Assembly: GCF_001194135.2 (NCBI RefSeq)
Contig: NC_068985.1
Location: 122,253,052-122,317,051, forward strand
From: Octopus bimaculoides
Taxonomy: Eukaryota
DNA length: 64,000 nucleotides
Reading direction: 5' to 3'
Shown: in pieces, positions 61,047 through 64,000 of the stretch
Layout of the letters: each line of letters opens with the position of its first letter
Position numbering within the stretch: position 1 is the first letter of the stretch
Notes under the pieces: model-generated
Database searches by the model: none
Seen by the model: the letters and a program-made list of their open reading frames with translations, nothing else
Told to the model about the DNA's origin: nothing
Made by a program: the position numbers and the translations under genes

Positions 61047-61403
61047 TCACAGATTTTTACAGTTCCAGTGATGGATTGGATCTGTAATCTTCAAATCAGC
61101 TTTCTCCTTTCTGGTTTTGAGAAACTTATTTAGAAGCTTATTCTGGTTTTGAGAAGTATTTAGGTAGTGTGTTACATATCCTAGTGCTCCAGTAATTACA
61201 GGTATAAACCTGAACTTGTAATCTGGATAAAGAAGCTGTGGATTCCTCAATTGTTCAGTGTAGGTATTTTCTTTTTCGCTGATCTTTAGCTTTATGTTAA
61301 CATCCGCTGGGCAGCTGATTTTCATAACTGTACACAGTTTCTTTTCTCTATCACAAATTACTGTGTCAAGTCTATCATGTTTACATTTTATTGAGGTTTT
61401 CAC
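61047..61403 (-). mobile_element. Restriction-like endonuclease domain of an R4/NeSL-type non-LTR element
   Basis: KHDRLDTVICDREKKLCTVMKISCPADVNI...EKENTY...LYPDYKFRFIPVITGALG. Confidence 0.8.
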
Positions 61404-62074
61404 TGGGACATTCCACCAGTACTCCTTTTTATTATGAGTGGCTATGGCTTCTACTATACTGTAGATTTTTATGTATGTATGTATGTATGTATGTATGTAT
61501 GTATGTATGTATGTATGTATGCATGCATGTATGTCATTCAGTTTTATTTTATTTTATTTCTTCTCAATAGAAAAAGAGCTGGTCTCTAACCTAGATCCAA
61601 AGTTCCTTCATTTGAATTTCACCAATATCAACGGGGCAGTTTTGCATTTATGTGTGTATTTGTGCAGTATTTGAAGTCAGTGCATGTGTATAATTATGTT
61701 TTGTTTTATGTATATATTCTCATGCATATAGTTGCATGTCTGGACATGCTCATCATCATCATCATCATCATTGTCATTTAACCTCCGCTTTCCATGCTGG
61801 CATGGGTTGGACGGTTTGACTGAGGACTGGCAAGCCAGAAGGCTGCACCAGGCTCCAATTTGATCTGGCAAAGTTTCTACAGCTGGATGCCCTTCTTAAT
61901 GCCAACCGCTCCGAGCATGTATTGGGTGTTTTTATGGCATATATACTTAAATGATAAACTTCTGAAAAGTTTTACAAATTTTTACAGTTCCAGTGATGAC
62001 TTGGGTCTGTATGTATGCATGTATATATGTATGTATGTGTGTATGTATATATGTATGTATGTATGTTTAGCTAA

Positions 62075-62500
62075 AGGAGAACAATCTCCACGTAAACCAA
62101 AAAAGAGGTATAAAGACATTCTGAAGGCTTCCTTAAGAGATGCTAGCATCTCTCCTGACACATGGGAGGGCATAACTATTGACCGTAGCAGGTGGAGAAG
62201 GATTGTGTACGAGGGGACAGCTACTTTTGAGAAATCTCGAGTTGATCATAAGGAGGGATGTCAGGAAGGGCATCGCTGTTGCACTTCCAGATGGTAAGGG
62301 TCTTCCTATGATGCTGACATGCAGTGTCTGTGCAAGACCTTGCCTCAGTAAAACTGTACTCAAAAGTCATCTTTGTAGTCATAAAGCGACACCGATGATT
62401 GACAACCAGGTTGCTGGTGGTGGTACTACACACCATACTAATCATATCTGTCAGGCATATGGAAGGGAGTGTGATTTAGCAGGAGAGCTTAAATGACATG
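62075..62500 (+). mobile_element. RTE-BovB-like ORF2 C-terminus with a C2H2 finger
   Basis: KPKKRYKDILKASL...TWEGITIDRSRWRRIVYEG, then CSVCARPCLSKTVLKSHL. Confidence 0.8.
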
Positions 62501-62974
62501 CAAAGGTACATGAAGCCTAGTTACAACTACAGCCGGCTATTGTCGGTAAAGGTTTTAACTGCTAATTCTGTACAAGACATTGTAGATCTTTGGCTGGGCT
62601 AAAAAGTCACGTTCAATCACAGCACTGATAACAGTTAAGCCTTGTGCAATGGCCTTACTTGATAACAAGGGGACAGCCATCATCATGTATGTATGTATAT
62701 GTGTGCGTGTGCGTGCATATGTATGTATGTATGTATGTATACACTGATTTTGTACAGTTTCCATCAACTAAATTCAGTCACGAGGTATTGTTCAGCCTAA
62801 GCTGCTGTAAAAGACCCTTGTTCAGGTTGCTGCGTAAAGGGACTGAGTCTGAAACCACACAATTGAGAAAAGAAACTATGCAACTATGTCTGCATGTATG
62901 ATAAAATTATGAATACAAAATTAAACACAAAAATGAGTAAAAAATGCATACAATTAACTTATGTCTTATATCTT

Positions 62975-63365
62975 TTACTTGTTTCTCTCATTGAACTGTG
63001 GCTATATTGGGGCACCATCTTGAATGGTTTTAGTTGAACAAATCAACCTCTGTACTCTTTTTTTTTAAGTGTGCTTATTTTATTGATTTCTTTTATCAAA
63101 TCACTATGTTACAGGAGCCTAAACAAATCAATACTGGTTCTCAAGTGGTGCAGGGAAACAAACATAGACACAAATTTGCACACACACACACATGTATATA
63201 AATATATATGATGAGCTTCTGCACAAATTACATATTGACTCACATGACATTAGTCTATCCAGGGCTATAAAAGAAGACACTTGCTCAAGGTGCTGCACAG
63301 TGGAACTGACCCTGAAACCATGAGGTTACAAAACAAGCTTCTTAACCACACAGTCATGCTTGTTT
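62975..63365 (-). mobile_element. SINE family A, full length, decayed
   Basis: Tail CTTGTTTC...GGCTATATTGGGGCACC; head GCTTCTTAACCACACAG. Confidence 0.78.
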
Positions 63366-64000
63366 CTCACAAGACATCTTGTGATTGCATATGAAACTTT
63401 GGTGTTCCAGACGAGCCCGGTTGGGAAATGCTGGTGTAATGATTACTACATACATTACTTCTGCTTAAGGAGCCTATTTTCAATGATCTAATCCTTTCAC
63501 TATCTATAATAGCCAATAATAGTTGTCTAATGAATATCACATATGTCTGTATTAACAGTAGAACCTGTTGTCAATGTATTAAATCTTTTAACACTGCAGT
63601 CACGGACCACACATAATGACAGTTGTAATGATGTATTATGAATGTGTATACCTTAGTGATAAAAGTTTTTCAAATAAACAGTCTCTGATAGTCAATTTGC
63701 GGTCCTACTGTATCATTTTACTGGCACTTCATGATCTCTCTAGCAAAGTTATTTATCTATCACCAGTCAATTTTGTCTGTAAAAAAATAATGTACAACCA
63801 TCATGCTATAACTGATGAGTGTTAGGTATTCTGTTGGCTTTCAAAACTGTGCCCATTCCTGCTCATTAGCTGTTAGAGACCATTATTGTTAAACTGGTTG
63901 TCTTGCTGCCTGGCAACTGGAGAAGCAACTCCATGCTGTTAGAAAGAAAACTTTGGAGAGCGTTGGACACATAGACCAGCTAAATTGCTCAGAGGTCTGG

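Overview
AT-rich, microsatellite- and SINE-dense animal DNA. The SINE and RTE families seen point to an octopod cephalopod (inference). The window holds one complete protein-coding gene, the SAGA deubiquitinase USP22 (nonstop/Ubp8 family), on the minus strand. I reconstructed 13 coding exons by hand from ATG 55143 to TGA 20297: 1686 nt, 561 aa, all GT-AG, all phases consistent. The protein has a ZnF-UBP domain and intact Cys, His and Asp boxes, plus a long Asn/Thr/Ser insertion in the catalytic domain. The introns nearby contain candidate alternative exons. A motif-dense, probably bidirectional promoter lies near 56.1 kb. The rest is transposon debris: several tRNA-derived SINE families, RTE LINEs (one with a PHD-like finger inside the RT), restriction-like-endonuclease LINE fragments, mariner, Helitrons (one with both termini intact), and Gypsy and Penelope-like remnants. 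There are three assembly gaps. Most ORFs in the supplied track are microsatellite artefacts. I found no clearly new biological system. The best leads are the USP22 isoform candidates, the intact Helitron, and the antisense and divergent transcription signals around exon 1.
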